In this document: positions 58,563 to 64,000 of the stretch, piece after piece
Layout: the number at the start of each line of letters is the position of its first letter
Numbering within the stretch: position 1 is the first letter of the stretch
DNA from: Octopus vulgaris
Taxonomy: Eukaryota
Direction of reading: 5' to 3'
DNA length: 64,000 bases
Assembly (NCBI GenBank): GCA_951406725.2
Contig: OX597815.1
Coordinates: 209,560,001-209,624,000 of the forward strand
The notes under the pieces: generated by a model
Told to the model about the DNA's origin: nothing
Seen by the model: the letters and a program-made list of their open reading frames with translations, nothing else
Databases searched by the model: none
Program-made: the position numbers and the translations under genes

Positions 58563-60230
58563 TACCCCCCCCACCAGATGAATCAACACTCTCGGGAACA
58601 TTGTTGCCGCTAGCAACCCCGATAATTATACAAGGAAGAGAGAGACAATACCAACAATATTAAAAATACCAGCATTAGGACAACCAACAGCAGCAGCACC
58701 ACCACCACCACCACCACCACCACCACCAAGTACCAGTTATCATTTGTTCTGGGTCTTTACTTTCTGAGTTCAAATCTCACCGAGGTCAATTCTCTCTTTC
58801 ATCCGTTTGGGGTTCGATAAAACAAGTACCAGTTACGTCCTGGGGTCGATGTAATCACCTTATGCCCACCCTCAAAACTTCAGACCTTGTACCTAAAATA
58901 GAAAGGATTCTTATTCTTATTTGTGGTTGTAGTAGTAGTAGTATCAGAAGAAGATGTTCCCATTGTGCAGTAACAGTGATTGGAATAAGTGATCAATGTT
59001 AATGGATGATTTGGAAGAATCTTCTTGTTTCATTTATATATAGAAGATTATCATATTTTCTCCTGCCTCTCTATGTATTGACAACCTGTACTTTACAGAT
59101 GTTTGTTTTATATTATTCAACTTATACCAGTTACAAATGGAATTACGGGCATATTTCTTACAAATCGAGTTTTTAATTCAATATCAAAGCAAATATAATT
59201 TCTTAGCTTCTCGGTTTGATTCCACACGATACGATAGTCACGTGGTTTGCAACAACAGCATTCTGCTTCTTTCTCCTTCTCATCTTCTCATTTTCATCAT
59301 GAGCAGTAGCACCACTACGGCTGCAACCAACACGAAGACCACCACCGTTACCATCGCTGCCGCCGCCAATTTCCTTGTCATCTCTATTACAATCATCATC
59401 ATAACACCACAGATAATGTTTACTCCTCTTAAAACATTTTGATTTAAACAAATAACGAATGCTTGGCTTTAAAAAAAGAGAGTCAAACAGGAAAAGATCT
59501 GTTGTGAAAAATTAAGAATATAGGTACATAACAGCAGTGAGTAAAATGATATATAAATCAAATTCAAATATGAAATAAAAGCAACGCTAGTGAAATGAGC
59601 ATTATCGACCATACATACTTAACGTAAATGTTTTGTGTAGATTTGGGGTTAGTTGTCTCGCCTGTCCGTGGCTTTCCAGTGTTTTAATTCCAGGAACTGT
59701 GAGAGAGTATTCTCCACCACACCCTCCACAGCCTACCGACAAATATTCGGGGCTTGATTATGTTTATACAACATTGAAATTGAAATATCATTTCCAACAT
59801 TGACTCAGGTTACTGGAATTAGAATACGCTGCAAGTGTAGAATCTGTAAATATCCTCTTAAATATAGTAAGGTAGATGCAGTCATATGTGAAGAAGATAG
59901 TTAATTAGTTATTGTAGATACTGAAGAATATTACTCTACTGAAATAGTAGAGCATCGGACATAATGCTTTAGAATATTTGGTGCTACTTTGGCGGGTGAT
60001 CTACAACTTCAAGGGCGATTACTTTATGTTACTTCTTAGTTTTTCTACGTTGCAAAACTCGCGGCTGCCATACATGTGTGATCTACGCGCTCATTTTAAT
60101 TATTATATTGCTTATTATTGGTATTTTATTACTATTTACTGAGACATAAATGAGACATAGTTTTATTATAACTAAAATAGTAAGAATTTTGAAAACTTTC
60201 ATTCACAATGCTAAATATGTAGAAAACAAT

Positions 60231-60639
60231 TTACTCTCTTTTACTCTTTTACTATTTTACTTGTTTCAGTCATTTGACTGTGGCCATGCTGGAGCAACGA
60301 CTTTAGTCGAGCAAATCGACTCCGGGAATTATTCTTTGTAAGCCGAGTAATTATTCTATTGGTCTCTTTTGCCGAACCGCTAAGTTACGGGGACATAAAC
60401 AAGCCAGCATCTGTTGTCAAGCGGTGTTGGGGACAAACACAGACACATAAACACACACACACACATATATGCATATATACGACGGGCTTCTTTCAGTTTC
60501 CGTCTACCAAATAGACTCACAAAGCTTTGGTCGGCCCGAGAGTATAATAGAAGTCACTTGCCCAAGGTGCCACGCAGGACTGAACCCGGAACCATATGGT
60601 TGGTAAGCAAGCTATTTACCACACAGCCACTCCGGCGCC
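60231..60639 (-). mobile_element. SINE family A
   Basis: Full-length inverted copy. Confidence 0.9.
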
Positions 60640-61705
60640 TATAAAAAATATTTAGTCAACATCATGAGGGTTTTTAGAAATTGAAAAGTAAACTTAAATG
60701 TAGCCTAAAGTAGTCACCCTTTAAGTTGTAGATCCCACGCCAAAGTAGCACCGAATATTTAATAAGTCACATTTTCGTTCACAGTTCAAATCTTACTAGG
60801 GTCAATTTTGCATTTTATTCTTCTGTTGTTGGTAAAATAAGTACCAGGAATGTACTGGGATTGATACAATCTATTTGTACCTTACCCTAAAATTTGTGAT
60901 ATTGTGTCTCAACCTAGAAATCATTGTTTGAAGTATAATGCAAAACTTTTAGTTAAGCTGAAAAATTAACAAAGAATGGGTTCTTCTTATAGACTTACAG
61001 ACTATGGCGAGGATATATTTAATATGTGAGTGGAAATACTTTCAAGATAAGAGTATAAAACAATGTGGAGTTCTCTTAGGACTGTAAACATTAAGATGAT
61101 CTCTTTTTATGTGACACACCTTCGAAATTAATGAGAAAAGGGTAATTAATTGAAGAATGACGCCTGAAACTAATCGCTTTATGGGCCTGATGATCTTAAT
61201 ATATCTAATACGGTGTTAGTGGAGATACTCTGAAGAGTATGGAATAACACGGAGTGTTCTCAGGCCTGGAAGTACTTATATGAACGCTTTTTTGTGCGAG
61301 GAAAGCCCTCAAGCATGTTACTAAGATCAAAAGAGTATTTTTAACGTCTCTAAAACTGCACTGACGTATTGTAATACCTTATATTTTCAGTGTTTTGGGA
61401 GTATCGAGGGATGAGTTAACATCGTTATGCATAAAGATGGCTACATAATAACAGTGTCATTCTTAGTAAAGGAGTGAACTCAAAATAATATCTCCATACA
61501 ACGTTTTAAACGTATAAGTTTGTTGTAAAAGATAGCTAAAACAATAAAAAGAGGATATATACATTACCAAAGACATTTTTACATATGCATTTACTAACAT
61601 TTATTTGAGGAGTATCTCTGTGATAAGTATTCTATGAAAGTTTAATTATAAAAAAATCCATGGTACTCATTACTGGATGCAACTTGAACATAGAAATCTA
61701 ATATA

Positions 61706-61920
61706 GGTTTCAAATTTTGGCACAAAGCCAGAAATTTCGCAGGGCAGGTCAAGTCAATTAAATCGACCCCAGTACTCAACTGGTAATCATTTTTATTGAC
61801 CTCATAAGAATGAAAGGTAAAGTGAACCTCGGCGAAACTTAATCTCAGAACGTATAGACGGAAGAAATGCCGCTAAGCATTTCGCCCGGCTTGCTAACGC
61901 TTTCGCCTGCTCACCGTCTT
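61706..61920 (-). mobile_element. SINE family B, older subtype
   Basis: Reverse complement of the family B head and centre. Confidence 0.8.
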
Positions 61921-62309
61921 ATTCGATTCTAACATCGACTCTCAAATATTAGACCATGAACTGGCGTAGGTCATTTCTTGGAACCGCTTTTAGAAAATCA
62001 TCAAATGGTAATACACTAAAACAGTGGCATGATGAGTCAATGTGATTGCCGGAACGAACCAGTTGAACGATGGATGGTATTTATTTTTCTTTATTCAAGA
62101 TATACTAGCCACAAATAGAATGATGGACACGTTTCCTGTATACCAAGATTTTAATTCTATTGCGCAGCCAATTTGTTAGCTTCCCAGCTTGAGTCTGCAC
62201 GATTTTGTAGTCACTAAATTTGATATTATAACAATCGTCACAATATTTCTCCTCCTCCTCCTCCTCCTCCTACCAACATCACCATCATTATTCTCACTCC
62301 CTCCGAAAT

Positions 62310-62382
<73 letters not shown>

Positions 62383-62386
62383 CCAC

Positions 62387-62448
<62 letters not shown>

Positions 62449-62505
62449 TCATCATCATCATCATCATCATCTTCGTTATCGTCATAGTCGTTATTATCAT
62501 CACCA
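62310..62505. repeat. (CAT)n/(CGT)n trinucleotide repeat
   Basis: Direct inspection. Confidence 0.95.
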
Positions 62506-63649
62506 TGAGAAGCAGCAGGCACATTACCACCACCAAAACTACTGATACAGTCACTACAAGTACCATCTCCACCAGAACGCCGCCACCATTATTATCAGTA
62601 ATACCACCATTATCAACTTCACCATCATCACTGTCATCAAAAGAAACAACCGCACCCCATCACCATTATTATGGTTGGCACAAACATCATTGTTTCCAAT
62701 GGTATTTTACAAACAAGTTCTCTCAATGCCAGACATTAAAAAAAAAAAAAAGAAAGAAAAAAACTAAAGAAGAAAACACGCATTTAGATAAAAACATAAT
62801 AATATGATTACGCTTTTAGTTGCTTTAATCATTTAATTAAAGCCCACTGGTTTGAATATGCCAGAGAAATGCTTTGAGAGATTTTCACATGCAAAGATAT
62901 CATTCTTGTTAATGAAACTAAAGGAAAAATACTTTGTAAAATGTAGGAATCTGGATATACAATGATTACATTACACATGCTAACTAAATTTATTGTCAAC
63001 GTTTACTCAGAATACTGTAGGATTAGCAATTAGAAGCTGATCCTTTCTGTAAATGATATGAAAAGTAGAACGTCTGTTCAGAGAGAAATGAATAGGATAT
63101 AATTGGAAATAATATAGTTTATTTTGTAAATTGTTTTATTTTAAATTGATTGTAATCTTCTCACAGACTTTTCTGTCTAATGTATTTGTTACTAATTGGC
63201 CATTTACAACATGCCAAATTTAATTTATAATAACGGAAAAATAAATAATTAAGTAAATTGTTTTATTTGGTTTAACTATCAAGTATGTGGGACTAAAAAG
63301 ACGTCGAAATTTATCTGTTCATAAGCACAGAAATTTCAACCAGTCTTTCGCTACGTATTTGAAAGTTAAACTAAATTATGCAAGGTTTTGTGTACTTTTA
63401 CATCACTTTAAGCTGCTTTAAATAACAGAATAGAAAGAAAAATAACACATGTCGACTTGAAAATTTATTGAGGAATATGTAATCGTTTATTAAGTGTAAT
63501 TTTTCGTTTAGAAAACTTGAACTAAGAAATTGAGCATTTTAAAATATAGCTGTTTTTTCTTTTTTCATTAGCTCCAGTCCAACTCTGATTGACTGAGTAC
63601 AATCAAATTCGTTCAGTGTTCTTCGAAATTTATTTACAGATATCCCCTC

Positions 63650-63985
63650 CGTTCATGCAAATAACGATTATGACATCCTTTTTCATGCATGTACCCGGAA
63701 GTTGCTGTCACGTTTTTGTATCCAGCGCACAAGTGGCTCTGGACTTTCTCAATTCACTCTTCTCCTCCCCTTCTGTTCTTAGCTTGCTTAGGAATTACGA
63801 CTCCTTTTTATATAAGACCGCATCAGCTAGACCTTTCAACTTCAAGATACTCGCATGATTCTAAATTAACTGAGAAGGACTTGGAAGCATCCTTGTATTA
63901 TTTTTACTGTTCACCGACAGAATTTCTCCCCTCGTCTTCTAACTCCCCATAGAAACGATGTTTCTGAAGCCGTTTTCCTTCTATT
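63650..63985 (-). mobile_element. Degenerate RTE-clade LINE 3' fragment
   Basis: RLQKHRFYGELEDEGRNSVGEQ*K*YKD..CGLI*KG..ELRKSRA (cf. RLPKxxFYGEL..GGQKKRYKD). Confidence 0.7.
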
Positions 63986-64000
63986 CCAATAATATGATCA

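Noticed and set aside
58202-58663. 153-aa mucin-like poly-Thr ORF
   Set aside because: Driven by the (ACC)n repeat; flanks have no recognisable domain.
59641-59810. Possible exon after TGTAG
   Set aside because: All three frames hit stops before a convincing donor site; no recognisable protein.

Overview
AT-rich, microsatellite-dense eukaryotic DNA with no recognisable host protein-coding exon. The SINE families look like those of octopod cephalopods (Octopus; recognised from memory, not searched). Most ORFs in the track are microsatellite or SINE artefacts. The window holds a nearly complete, frameshifted Penelope-like element (RT + GIY-YIG, minus, ~13.0-15.0 kb), R4/Dong-like REL-endonuclease LINE pieces (three 3' ends sit inside (AAT)n tracts at 35-38 kb), RTE and CR1/L2 LINE remnants, a complete non-autonomous Helitron next to a Helitron helicase remnant, and more than 25 SINE copies from 3-4 families. 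The most notable hidden signal is at least seven minimal type-I hammerhead-ribozyme motifs, mostly with palindromic stem III. One is fully canonical (22845-22928) and one carries a U3-A8 compensatory core (10920-10960). They lie in short, mostly (TA)n-flanked cassettes resembling Penelope pseudo-LTR or retrozyme-like mini-elements. Also present: a 137-bp near-perfect palindrome, SINE-in-SINE junctions at recurring positions, and an alternating (AAT)n-LINE-(AAT)n-SINE nest.
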